From contig CM119266.1 in the NCBI GenBank assembly GCA_051294375.1, forward strand, positions 20,810,780 to 20,874,779: a DNA stretch of 64,000 bases, read 5' to 3'. The first letter of the stretch is position 1. Each line of letters begins with the position of its first letter. Below, piece after piece: positions 34,240 to 47,417 of the stretch. Source of the DNA: Paraspadella gotoi (lineage: Eukaryota > Animalia > Chaetognatha). Under the pieces are notes generated by a model, which was given only the letters and a program-made list of their open reading frames with translations, was not told where the DNA came from and searched no databases. The translations under genes were made by a program, and so were the position numbers.

Positions 34240-36183
34240 TCTCAGCACACTCAAAAACTTGATTCGCTCACTTTTAATGTTCAGAAGATAAATAACAAAA
34301 TCTTCTCATTTTCTTTCTTTCTTTCTTCTTTCTTTCTTTCTTTTCTTTCTTCTTTCTTTCTTTTTTATATTTCTTTTTCTTTTCTTTCCTTTCTTTTCTT
34401 GTCCTCTCTTCACCCACCTCTCTTCCTCCCCTTCTTCTCCTGTTCCCTATTGAAGAAAGCATCGCTGGTCACAAAAAGCCTTCATTGATGCTCGGAATTT
34501 GGGAGGGAATTTCTGTTTCATTCATCTTCGGGTCACGGAAAATAGAAAGGCGGAGGGTCCGTTACCGAGGGGCCACCAATGGCCATTAGTGGCCGCCAAT
34601 GCTCGCCAATGACCATCAATGGCCATAGAGATTCCAGTGGAAATCCGTTAAAATCCTCGATATTTGAGGGTCGGCTTATTTTTGTGCCACGCATTAACCA
34701 GTTAATTGTGTGGCCTCCGAAAACGGTCCGTGTCCGTACGTGTCAACGACGGCCATTTTTATGCAATACTTTATATTTATATAGTATTTAGTATGTACGA
34801 TGTACAACATGTGAATTGCAGTAAAAACGCAAGGAAGTTTTAGTTTGGAAAGGATTTGATTTCAGCAAAGAAGGAAACTTTTTCTATCTATCATGTGAGG
34901 GTCCTTTTACACAATTGGTGTTCTATACAATTGAAACATTATTTGAATTGTTATAACACTTATTGACAGGAAAGCCGTGTACTCTGGGAGTGAATAAATG
35001 AGAGGCTGTGAGACTGCGAGACTGTGTCTTAATTAAAAGCTTGCAGGTGTTACGGAGTCCTTAAACTGCCATAGCCTGTCCAAAATCAGGGGCAAGATAG
35101 TTTAAACGAATGGATAATTTTTAAATCGGTTGTAGAAGTCGAGAAGAGATATAAACAGGGACGAGGCTTCTTTCCATTTTTTTCTTTTTTTTGGGGTCTC
35201 GGATCGAAAGCCTGACGGAGCGAGCGAAGATTTTCACACCGTCTTTTTCGTGGAAGGAGTGTCAATCACTCGGGTCGCGTCAATTGCGTCTCCGACCCAA
35301 TTCATCCTCGTCTTAATCGAGATTTTCGACGGCTGTGCGACGACGACGACGACCCCAGGGGCGACAGCCGAGACGACCGCTCCGTTTAGGCAGTTGAGGC
35401 GAAGTCGTCCGTTACGTTTTATACTCGCGATGACGAGTAGAGCCGAGGGTTTGAAAGCCCCCCCCCCCAAAAAGTCTCGGACGGAGAAATGGAGGCGACG
35501 ATCGCGAGAGAGAGTTCGTGGCTCTCTGAGTTTTTCTTTTTTAGCTTTCTCCGTGGCCACGCCCTTTCTGGTCGGCCACGCCCTTTCCGTGCAAAGGTTT
35601 CCATGGCGACGGCCGAAGCGGGAGAATTTGAACGAAATGATTGATGATGAGCTCGAGATTAAGAAAAAAAAAATATCATTTGATAAAATTTCATTACGTA
35701 ACTAGACTATGTTGTTCCTACTCTCGAAAGCTAGCTTTAAAAACTTTTAATTATGATAATCTATTCAAATTCAATTTTAAATATATATGTAAAATTTAGA
35801 CATTTTCCCAACTTTATATTAGAGTATAATACTATACTAATATGTAATGGCGCTAGATGATATTTACAAACTTACGAATTATGTCCTCGCGTTAGTGAGA
35901 AATCTGGAAGGAACTGAAAAAAAAAAAAAAAATCTCCAAAAAGAGAAAAAAAAAATTCCTGGAAAACTTTTGTTTTCTCGGTTGTTTCGTACTTAGCCCT
36001 CGTTGACAGGATGATGAGTTGGTTCGTGTTAGAGTCATTCATCATTCTCGGAACAGCGCTAGTCGTCACGTGACGAGTGTCACATGATCGATCACGTGAC
36101 GAGGGTAAAAGTAAGACGCGAAATTGTGTGTATCCTTCGAGCTGGATTTCGAATATGCTAATGAGACGAAATGACGTGGAGAA

Positions 36184-36218
<35 letters not shown>

Positions 36219-37687
36219 GAGAGATGAGAGAGAACAATGAGAGAGAGAGAGAGAGGAATAAATAGCCGTAAATATCGAAGACATAAAAAGTAAAACACAA
36301 AAATTGGAATAAAAACGTCCGTTGTTCCCTCATTTGCAACGACACTTTATAAACTAACTTCGTCGAAAGGGTCAGTCAGTCCGCATTATTCTTAAATGGC
36401 CGAATCGTTTCCCTTTCTTTTCAGTGATGGCCGTGAGGGGTGCAGGGAAAACACTCACGATTTCCTACAACGCCTTGGAAGAAGATTGGGGAAGAATTTC
36501 GCCCGACGGTGAGATAAACAAAAATCCATCTTAACGTGAAAAAAAAAATCGAAACTTGGAAAAGATTTGCCGCTTACCGAATTTTTAAACAAAAATAGGC
36601 GAGCTGACAACATCGAATTTTTTGACCACTTTCCCATTGGACTAGAGAAGAAAGAATTACATTTTTGGAATCGGGGGAGATTGAAGGACCAAACGTTATG
36701 ATATCAGCCTTTTACCCCCCCTGACCCCCCTCGATCACTGGGTTCCCTTAAATAAAATTCTTCGAAATATTACCGATAGAATTAGATCAAACTTTTTTTG
36801 ACATTAGATGTTCCGTTTCACATTAAGAAATAAGCAGATCCCTTAAACATATTTCCCATTTTTCACTCGCTCTAATTCCTCCTTTTCTCTCTCTCCTCGC
36901 AGAGAGCCTCGACTCTTCGTCCTGCGACTTCGCGTCGACGACCTGTTTGCTGAAAGGGACAGAGTTGACTCTGACGAGGAGGTCGCCTCACGAATTCACT
37001 CTCTTCGCTTCTCCTCGATTTCCCGCTCCCTCCTCCCCTTCTTCCCCTTCCTCGTCCATCTTCTCCTCTTTGCTTTCTCAATCTCCACCCATCGATCTTT
37101 CCACTTCCACGCCCACCGTCGACGTCGACGCTTCGCCCACGAACTTACTCTCACCCTGTCCCGCCTCGATTCCCTCGCCACACCCGGCAAGCCACGCCGC
37201 CGGCGCCGTCCTTCCTCATCTCCCGCCGCTCGGCGCCGCTCCTCGACCCGTGTCTCCTCGCGCTGCTCCTCATTCCGAAAAGACTGGGGCGGAGCCTAGT
37301 TTTCGCTTCTCCATCCCGGCTTCTCTTCCCTCACCTTCGCCCGCCACTGGCGGCGCTGCCTCACTCTCGCCGACGTCTTCCGCGACGGATTCGTACCCGG
37401 TCCAAAGTTTGACCTCGTCACGCCCGTCGACAGACGTAAGCCAACTCTCAAAAAATAAAAAAATGTCTCCTTTTTATATTCACGTCTTCTTCTCCTCCCA
37501 TTTTTTGGGGCAAGGATTCTTTCTTTTCACAGAATAAAGCGAGAAAAAAAATTGGAACAAGAAAAAGAAAAGTTAAAAGAAAAAAAGATTTTTCTTTCAT
37601 CTGACGTTTTTTACATCATTCATTCTTTAAGAGTTTGAAAGATAGCAACGATAAGGTCTCCTTATAAAAGGGAAAATAATTTATTTT

Positions 37688-37782
<95 letters not shown>

Positions 37783-40172
37783 ATCTTTCTAGAGCAGCCA
37801 TTCTCTTTAAATCTTCCCGTCTCCTTAAAGAAAAAAATTAATCACGTCGATGACAGTTGTTGTTGTTGTGTTTGACGTCGCCCGCTAATTGGCCAAGACG
37901 TCGCCCGCTAATTGGCCAAGACTCGTTTGAATATTTTCCGACTTCATCAGTCAACGGGTTCGAAACAAAAACCCCACTCCGTTCATTTCTTAACCATTTT
38001 TTTAAAAATTACAATAATAATTTCTAATTGAATTCAATAATGAACCACGTCGCGCTAAGTCGTACGAATAATAATGTTTAACTAAAATATAACACAGGCC
38101 TCGACACCTCCCTCTACTCCGTTTTCTCCGACGCCGCCGACGCCGCCGTCGCCGACACCGCCGCCGACACCGCCGCCGTCGCCGCCTTCTTCGCCGACGC
38201 CGCCCACGGAACTCGCCGTCGAGGACGTTCTCAAGCTAGAGCCTCTCAACTGGCCTTCCTTCGTGCGGCAGCCCGCGACTTCGCCGCGACCGCCGCCGAT
38301 TCGACCGCCCATCGCCGCCGTCTCGCCGCTCAAAGCGACGGAGGAAGGCGACCGCCCGCCCTCTGTCGCTCAGAATTCGCCGCAAATATCGCCGCAGGGT
38401 TCGCCGCCGAATTCGCCGCCGAATTCGCCGCGAAAGGACGAGGCTGCGAGAGAGATTCACTTTCAACAAGACGACGATGGGACGTTGACTGTTTGCATCG
38501 GAGATGGAGCGCTGTCGCATCAGGTGGGCGTGCCTCTCTTGTTTTCTCTCATTATTAAGAACGGTTGTCTGTGGAATGTTTGTGGGTTGTCTTTGAGATA
38601 TTTGTGCTTGTGGGTTGTCTGTGGGCCGTGGGGTGTTTGTGGTCCGTCGAATCTATACTGCGTTCGAGTGTTTTTCCCACCGAAGGATTAATAAACTTTC
38701 ATCGATCTTCCCAAAAGGACTTGGCCGCCTTGGTCCAGACCGTCTTTAACTCGATGCCAATTTCCCCCAAAAATTCCAAGAAGAGCCTCAAGCTGAAGCT
38801 GATGACGCCGCCGACGTCGTCCAAGGGCGCCGCGTCTCCAGAGTCGCCGCCGTCTCTGACAAAGGACTTGTGCGCCGCGACCGTGGATGCCGTTTCGTCG
38901 GGGGCGACGCCGCCGTTGCCACCCAAAAAGTCGACGCCGTCTTCGAGAGAAAAGAACCACTCGGCGCGCGAGGAGAAGATGGGGGAAACGACGACGACGA
39001 CGACGACCGCGCCGAAACACAGCGACGTGGCGTGCACGCATCCCGGATGTTGCGCACGTAAAAACATCGACGTGCAAGAGCGGCTGCAGCAACGGAGTTT
39101 TTCAGGACCGCAGCAGCAGCAGCACGCTCGGCTCGGCAGCGCTGTCCAACAACGACGCGGACGGAATTTTCGTCGCTTCAATTCGGACAAAGTACGCGGC
39201 GTTCATTTCCAAACACCGACGCCGTCGGCGACGCCCCACAATCTTCCTCGCTTCGCCCAACCGCATCCGCCGCATCCGCTGCAGCAACTCCGCCAACCGC
39301 CTCCGCCCCCACCGACTCCACCCGGCCTGGCGCATCATCATCCTCTGCGTCACTGGAACATCGACACCGTCGCCGCCTCAATTAAAAACTTTGGCCACGC
39401 CCATCACGAGGCGCCGGTTGTGGGTTCCGCGACGCCGCAGCGTCGATTCGTCGACGCCAAGATCGCCTATCGTCACTCGGTGTCGGATCCGCAGTTCGCC
39501 GATCGACTCCGCGCCCACGAGGCGTTCGCTCGTCATCAGCATCATCATCATCATCATCATCATAGAGACGGTGAGGGCGTTTGGACGCCGCCGCTGCCGG
39601 CCTGGGTTCGTCGAGACGCTCCGCCGTCGTCCTTGGCCCCTCTGCCGTCCTGGGCGGCGCCGTTTTCCCGCGCCCGCGCCGACAACGATCGAATCGTCGG
39701 GGCGGCGATGGCGCCGGGGCGCCAACCCAAGACGCGAGCGTTTTTCGGGGCGACGCCGGACAATTTTCGCCAAGTTCACCCGTCGGCCGGGGGCGTCAAA
39801 AAGGCGCCCGAAACGACGACGACGCCAATCTCGTCGGCGCCGCGTGGATTCGCCGAAGAAGAGGCCACGCCCAGGATGGACGCTCACGAAACGGAGATGC
39901 AATGGCTGGAGTATCGCGACCAGTTGGAGCAGCATCGCAACAGAGAGAGAAGGAGGAAGGCGGGAAGAGAGAAAGTCCAGAATTGGATGGAGACGACGGA
40001 ACTCTTCAGGGACTTCCCCGTCGATCAACCGCAGCAGCAACAGCAGCGGTTCGTCAACTTGCCGCAACCGAGGCAGGAGCAACCACAAACGGATGCGATG
40101 GTGGAGAGGCACGAGCATCATCACGTTCATCAGCATCACCATCATCATCATCACCATCATCACGTGGAGTGA
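32804..40172 (+). CDS. nkd: Naked cuticle (Wnt/Dishevelled antagonist), ~812 aa, 4-exon model
   Basis: Exons 32804-32828 (MGKLQSKP, myristoylation-type start, gtgagt donor), 36903-37435, 38098-38523 and 38718-40172, all phase-compatible. EFX-like DLAALVQTVFNS..SKKSLKLKLMTPP and C-terminal VERHEHHHVHQHHHH match Nkd hallmarks. Confidence 0.85.
33030..33395. repeat. AT-rich minisatellite (~31-bp unit) in nkd intron 1
   Basis: Repeated ttatatttttattttccttttaaactttt(c)-like units. Confidence 0.8.
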
Positions 40173-41031
40173 CAAAGACAAGTTCCTGAATAAAAGGAGT
40201 ACGCGTCGTCAGCTACGATTCGAAAGTCATCACTGCCAACTCAAGAAAAAGGAAAATCTTCTCTGATGACTTTTTTTTAAAGCACACTGCCAATATTAAA
40301 CGGTGTTAACTTCTTTTGTCCTTAGAACTGTGTAACAGTGATATATTGAATTTTCTTTCTCCATCCATCCTTTGGCTTTAAACCTTAGACTATTACCAGT
40401 ACTTCTTTTATTATTTAAATGATTCTATGTTTATATAACTCCTTACATTAATTTTTTTTTACAAAACAATACTTTTATAAAAACAACTTTTTTTTCCGCT
40501 GATCTACAAATACACGCATTACCTCCCTTTCTCCTGGCCAGTTTCTCGCCCGAGGCTCGAGCCTTTAATCAATCTGCGGAAAAAAAAAATCGAATTTCTA
40601 TCGGGAGACTTAAGAGAACCCTTTCGTCATTGCAACTACGAGTATGAGAGGCATCTTTTTTATTCTTTTAATTATAAATTTAATATAGGACGTTTAAAGT
40701 TGAGATCAACGTTTTTCATGAATTTCAAAATGAAAGTTGTTTTCTTAAACTCGTCGCTAAAGACTTTGACTTTGATACGTTCGCGATCAAAATATTTTTG
40801 TTTCAGACAGAATTTTTTTTTTCTCTTTCGCCAATTTTTTTTTTTTTTTTGCCTCAAACGTGTTTCTTTCATCGCTATTCTTCCGCCGTTGCCTTATAAA
40901 CCTTACTTGCATAAGTTGTACAGGATTGTAATTTAAATCGACGTCACGGATTATAAATTATACCATTTTTTCTTTCAATCTTATATTTGATTTATTTCGA
41001 CCCTCGAAGCTTAGGCCTTTCCGATTCGAGC

Positions 41032-41071
<40 letters not shown>

Positions 41072-42143
41072 CTCTCTCTCAAGGATCAAAGAAAAAAGAA
41101 AAGAAAAGATCAAAGAAAATGAAAGCGTACAGATGAAAAGGAGAGGGAGCCTAACATGTCAAGAGACGAGAAAAATATGCACTAAAATCGTTAGTCGTAA
41201 AAGCGTACTTTATAGTACGCTCCGCTTAGTCCGCTTACTGCGGAGAAATTTCCCGTTTTTCCCGTGTTGTTTAAACGTTTAACTTTGAAATTAGAATTTA
41301 AATGCGAAAAAAAAGAAAAAAAAAGTTGGTATCGATTTGAAACAGGATATTCGATCGTAACCGTTGCTTCGCCATTAAACTCCAGGAAGTTCGGCATTCC
41401 TCAGCGGATATAAAATAAAAACTCGCGGCTGTTATCTCTTTGGAGTCTTTCCCTTGAGCTTTTCCCGTTTACGGTTTAATAGATCGAGGTTATTGCGAGG
41501 CTTTCCAGCGGAGAGGCCGCTCCAAATCGACGCCTCGTTTCGTCAGGCTTCTGTAACGTTATAGAGCAAATGTTTATATCGAATTTAAAAGACGCAGATG
41601 TTCTGAGATCTGTATATTAACTATTAATAAAACAAAAGACTAGAAGCCAACTGAGATATTGAACGAAAAACTGTTCATTTTCCGGAGATCTACAGAGAAA
41701 GCAAATAGGAACTGCATTCCACTCCATTATGAAATTGAACGTTTTCATCATTGTATTAACTATGCATGAGATGACGTTAAAAGAAGAAAGAAGAAAAAAA
41801 AGAAGGAATGGTTTTAGTACTGACGTAACTTTAATCATATTAAAACATTTCATAAGGCTTAACTCAATGGGAGGTTCTAACAAAGTAGCTCATGAAAAAA
41901 ATTATAATTTACCACACCGTCCTACAGATGCCGCGTAAAACAAGATGAACCTTTTGTTTTTGTTGTCAGAACATGTGGATATTTCCAGTGAAACATAAGT
42001 CTTCTCTTAGCGGCCCCATCCGTTGCGCCTGTTCTTTCACCGTCGGGGCCCCGATATCAAGATTTTAAACAACTTAAACAACTTAAACTTAAACAACTAA
42101 ACATAGAAATTGTAGTTTAGCACAGGAAGAGGCGTGGCTCAAC

Positions 42144-45100
42144 ATGGATTTTGCCAATGGTAAGAATTTCTGATGGCTTTTATGGGGGAATAGGAATAGA
42201 AAAAGAGAAGCTGAGGGAAAAAGGTCCCGGGTTATAATCCTTGGGCTTTGATGGTCCTTCGTCACCAACAACGATAGATGATATTTGTGAAATTTGCGTG
42301 AAAGAAGAAAGCTCAACAACGTAAAAGGAACCCTTCACGTATGGGTATACACATTATGGTTGAGTGATGAAAAGATTGAGCGATTGAACATTATTTTTTT
42401 GCTGCTTATAGACATGTAATTAATAAATTTAAAATCCTTTAAATTTTTTTTAAAGCTTAACAGTATAGTAAATTCAATTATTTATGTAGTAATATCCTTA
42501 TAAAATCATAAAATTTCAAAATATTTTTATTTTATTTTAAAGAACATATTTGGATTCGCCATAAAAAACTAAGAAACTTTTATAAAATATGTTATATTAT
42601 ATTTTAATGTTTAAACCGCAAAAAACGACTAAAACGTTTTAACTTATGAAATTGGTACAACCAATATAAAAATTATCCATTCATTTAATAAATAAGCTAT
42701 CTTGTCCCTGACTTTGGACAGGCTTTGGTGGTTTAAGGCCTCCATCACACTTACAAGATAATAACATAGCAGGTTTCTGCAAGCTTTCAATCAAGACTCT
42801 CTCACAGTCTTATTTATTCACTCCCAGTGAACCTGGCTTCCCTATCAATGAAGTGATATAATATTTCAAAGAATGTTTCAATTGTATGAAAAGACCACTC
42901 CCTTATATAAGTTTCTACTACAGAGAATAAAAAAATTCTGAATTTTCACCTATTTTCCCATCTTAAATGTTGAAGACAACAGAATTTTTGATTTAACTTT
43001 TTATGAAGAATCTGAATCTTTATTAAAAGTTTTTAAAAAAATATTTTTAAAATTTACTATTTTATAAGAATATTACGATAAATATATTGTAATTTGTATT
43101 TTACTATTCTGTTCCCGAGACTATATTAACAGAATATTTTTTATACTAGTTAATCATACTATCTCACATCTAAATATCCTTGTTCGATCATTCAAATAGA
43201 TTTTTTGTTCTTGAGTGCTCCACTCTAATACACATAGCATACTTTTTATATTCCTCTTAGTAGGAAAAAAAAATGATATCTCGTGGTGAAAAAGGTTTGA
43301 CTTAGTCCCTAACAATTCGGTTCTCTCGCTCAGGTCTGGGTCTTCCTGATTCGTGAGTTTAATAACAAAATTGACCTATATTTGTCTGACATCACTAAAA
43401 CTGCCTATTGACTACGTTACTGAAACACCCGATTGCAAACTCCAAATTCATTTCATGAGCTGACTGAAGAAAAAAACAACTTTCGTTACAAATAACAAAA
43501 AAAGGGCAATTTAAATGTGTCGCGCCGCTTTCACTTTTTTAATGCGTGTGGGCATTTTTATTTGATCGCGTGACTACAAGTTTTATGACTTCATAGAGTT
43601 TCTTCGACTCGAGAGTACTCGCGGAAAAACTACCTAAAACGTTTCCTCCACAGATACTTCGGAAGTGTTCGTGAGATTCGAAAGTTGGGTGCCGCTTTAA
43701 ATAACCGAAGGTTTTAGAAATGACCACCCGAATATTGAGTCGACGTTGGATTTACCATAAAGACTTTAATTATCTACTAAGGGAGACGCTTTCACTTAGG
43801 ACTCACTCCTGTTTTACAACTTTATTGTCAGGTTCGGCCACTACAGGAGTCAAAGTGATAAAGACAAAGTCGTGGTCGGCTCTGTCCTACCAGTCGGGAT
43901 TTGGCAATGAGTTCTCCAGCGAAGCTTTGCCCGACGCTCTTCCCGTCGGGCAGAACAACCCACAAGTCTGCCCGTACGGACTCTACGCCGAACAGTTGTC
44001 GGGCAGCGCTTTCACGTGTCCCCGAGAGAAGAACAAGAGAAGTTGGCTCTACAGGTTCTTTCAAGATCGGGAGGTTTTCGTTAATTTTAAAATTCCTTAA
44101 ATAAAATGGCAAAAGACGAAAGCTTTTACAAAAACTGCTATTTTTTTTATATAAAGAGAAAAATAGAGAGCTATTTTTCTCTTTATATAAAAAAAATGTT
44201 ATGATAATGATTAGGAAAAACGAGCCACACAATCTTAGTTGATTGATGCTTTTTCATTATTATTTCCCCCTCTCGCCTTCACCCCAAAAGAATTCTTCCT
44301 TCGGTGAAGCACACCCCTTTCCAACGTCTCGCCGAAGGACACCTCGTCTATGACTTCGACGCTCAAAATCCGAACCCGAATCAGTTGAGATGGAAGCCGT
44401 TCGATCTTCCGAAACCGGCCGACGGTCAGGTGGATTTCGTCAAGGGGCTCCAGGTCGTCTGCGGAGCGGGTAAAAATCTCCTTTTTACGAAGGGGTAAAA
44501 TGTATGTATGTGTGAAGACAGGTAAAAAAAACATTAAAAACATTAAAAAGTTGCATTCTTATTCGGTTAACAGAAAGTGAAATTGTAAATTCCTGCTATG
44601 GGTGTATGACTGTATGCAGTATATGGATCAAATAGACGATTGGAAAAGGTGCAGTTTTTTACTTTATTTACATTATTTTTGTCAATTTCTTTTGCCACGC
44701 GTCATTCCAGGTGAACCGCGCGTGCGTCACGGATGCGCCATTCTTATTTACTCTTGCAACTCCTCTATGGGCGACTCAGCGCTTTACAACGCCGACGGGG
44801 ATTTTCTCATTGTTCCCCAACAGGTCCGTACGTCCGTCCGAATTTTATCCGTTTGGTTGTTGCTTTGGAGATGTTTTTTTTTCTCAGTGTTGAGATAAGA
44901 GTACAAACTGAAAGCTGATACTACATCAGTATATAAGCTAGTTTAGGACCAATAACTTTTTAAAGCCGGTAAAAACAGTAAAAAAAAACCATTGAGGAGA
45001 AAGTCAAATTGTCTTTGTTGCCAGGGCTCACTTTACGTGACGACAGAGTTCGGCCGGATGAAGGTTGACCCCAATCAAATCTGCGTCATTCAACAAGTCA

Positions 45101-47417
45101 GTCTTGAAATATTAAAAGAGAACTATTTTCTTGGACAATTATCTCTGTTCCATCCGCTCAGGGCATGCGCTTCAACGTTGGCGTCGACGGCCCTTCTCGC
45201 GGTTACATCCTCGAAATTTGGGGAACTCATTTCCAGCTGCCAAATCTTGGACCGATCGGGGCCAATGGCCTCGCTAACCCGAGGTCTCTAAGTCTCTTTC
45301 TTGGCATATTCAATTCTACAATTTATCTTGAGTTTGTGAATAAAAAAACACAAATGTTTATTAGAATATTATGGTGTATGTTCTCAGGATTTATAAATAT
45401 TACGTACAACGGATTTAATTTAGAATGTAGAATGTAAGGCGAAGATTATGTACATTATGAAGCTTGTAAATTCGTTCATTATAGACAATAAATAGAAAGT
45501 GTTTTGGTCAGGGATTTCGAGTCTCCGACTGCGTGGTTCGAGGATCGAGACTGCAACTTTCGCATCTTCTCCAAATATCAAAATTCTCTTTTCGTGTCGA
45601 CTCAAGATCACTCGCCCTTCGACGTCGTTGCTTGGCATGGTAGGCTTAATTTTGATCAACGAGTTTTAGTTGAAAAAAAATTGTAGAAAACAGAGATTAA
45701 ATTTTAATAGTTTACAAAGGCGACTTTTAAAAAAAAAAACATGTCGTTGCTGTAAACTATTAAATTAAACTCAAACGCAACAAAATAAAGAATCTAAAGA
45801 AGTCTAAAGAAGTATATACAATTTTTTTCAAATATCGTTTTCTCGAGAACATTATAAATATTCCGCTATCACTGCTCAAAAATTAATAATATTTATATTA
45901 AGAATATTAATATTAATAGTTATTAATGACATTCCCATAAAAAGAAAAAAACAATTCGAAACTCTGACCATTTCTTTTGTCTCGGTTACTCGTACTCGTC
46001 GTAGGCAATTATCACCCTTACAAATACGACTTGGACAATTTTATGGTGATCAACGCGACTTTGTTCGACCACGCGGATCCTTCAATCTTTACGGTGCTGA
46101 CGGCGCCGACGGAATCGCCCGGCACCGCACTCGCCGATTTCGTTATCTTCCCGCCGCGCTGGGCCGTGCAGGAGAAGACCTTCAGGCCGCCTTACTATCA
46201 TAGGTTGGAGGAAGCCATGTCGTGAGAAGAGATAGTTTGAGTTTTGAACGAAAACAATCTTCTTGAGATCTCTTTGATTGATTGATGATTGATTAACGAA
46301 TAGATTGTTTTAACTTACTGATAGATTGATTAAATGACGGTTTTTATGGATTGATTCAGTATAAAGTGATTGATTGCTTTATTGATCGATCAATTGCATC
46401 GACAGATTTTTCTACAAATATGTTTTGGTTCGTGTTTTATTGATTTGAGAAAACCGTTAGATTGTTGATTTATCGATTGATGTACTATGAATTCTTTATA
46501 TTTAATATCGACCCCTACGATCCGCAGAAATTGCATGGCCGAGTTCATGGGTCTTATAAAGGGCGCCTACGAGGCGAAGGAGGAAGGGTTCCGCCCCGGC
46601 GGCGCCTCTCTTCATTCCATGATGACGCCGCACGGTCCGGACGCCAAATGCTTCGACGTCAACTCTACTATGGAATTGCGGCCGCAGAAGATCGCAGTCG
46701 GTGATTAAGTGGGCAAAAAAGGAAGGGGTTGTGATTAAGGATAAATGTTGTTGTTAATTGTTAATTGTAATTCATCGCGTGTTACGATGATTGTGATTAT
46801 TTATTTTTTAATTACTTAAATGCCGGCAAACTATCTTTCTCCAGCTCCGTCTCCCTTTTAATCCTTTTTTCCGCATCTCTCCAAACTTTATTTCCCACTC
46901 CCCCTTTTCTTCCCTGTCCCTTTTTTCCCTGGACCCATTTCTTCCTGCCCCCTTTTTTCCCCTGCCCCTTTTCTTCCTGCCCCTTCTTTCCCTCGCACCC
47001 CTTCCCCCTGCTCCCTTTACTTCCCTACCGGCTTCCCCCTTGATCCCCGCTCGGTTTTTCCCCTTTTCTCCAATCCAACGCGCGTCTATTCTCCCTTTCT
47101 TTTCAAACTCACTAACCCCCCCTTTTTTTTCTTACCAATTTCGACCCCCAACCCAATCCCATCTTTTCCCCAACGCTTCCCCTCCCCAAATCCCCGGCCT
47201 CGATTCCCCGACCGCAGGGACGCAATCCTTCATGTTCGAGACGTCGTTGAGTCTGGCGCTGACTCGTTGGGGCGAAGTCACGTGCGAAAAGGTCGACCCC
47301 GAGTACCACGAGTGTTGGGCGCCGCTCAAAAAGAACTTCGACCCCAACTGGCGACCGGAAGCTCAAAATGGAGGCCAAGACGGACCTTCGAAGGCCAAAA
47401 AGACGAAGACTCAGTGA
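42144..47417 (+). CDS. HGD: Homogentisate 1,2-dioxygenase, 10-exon model
   Basis: Exons 42144-42159 (putative first coding exon), 43832-44054, 44291-44469, 44711-44823, 45025-45096, 45162-45283, 45512-45639, 46005-46203, 46528-46700 and 47218-47417. Motifs [46 protein letters not shown] and [10 protein letters not shown] are present. Confidence 0.96.
42645..42905 (+). repeat. Dispersed interspersed repeat (best copy)
   Basis: TGAAATTGGTACAACCAAT..AGCTATCTTG(C/T)CCCTGACTTTGGACAGGCT. Other copies at ~16424-16510 (+), ~34910-35128 (-), ~50546-50792 (+) and ~55665-55748 (-). Confidence 0.8.

Noticed and set aside
28000-36800. Many ORFs rich in SL/ER/FL/VV/RR repeats
   Set aside because: They are translations of AG, TTTC and GAC microsatellites.
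38688-40266. Long overlapping alternative-frame and antisense ORFs
   Set aside because: Shadows of the GC-rich nkd exon 4; the same applies to the + strand ORFs over 61.6-63.9 kb.
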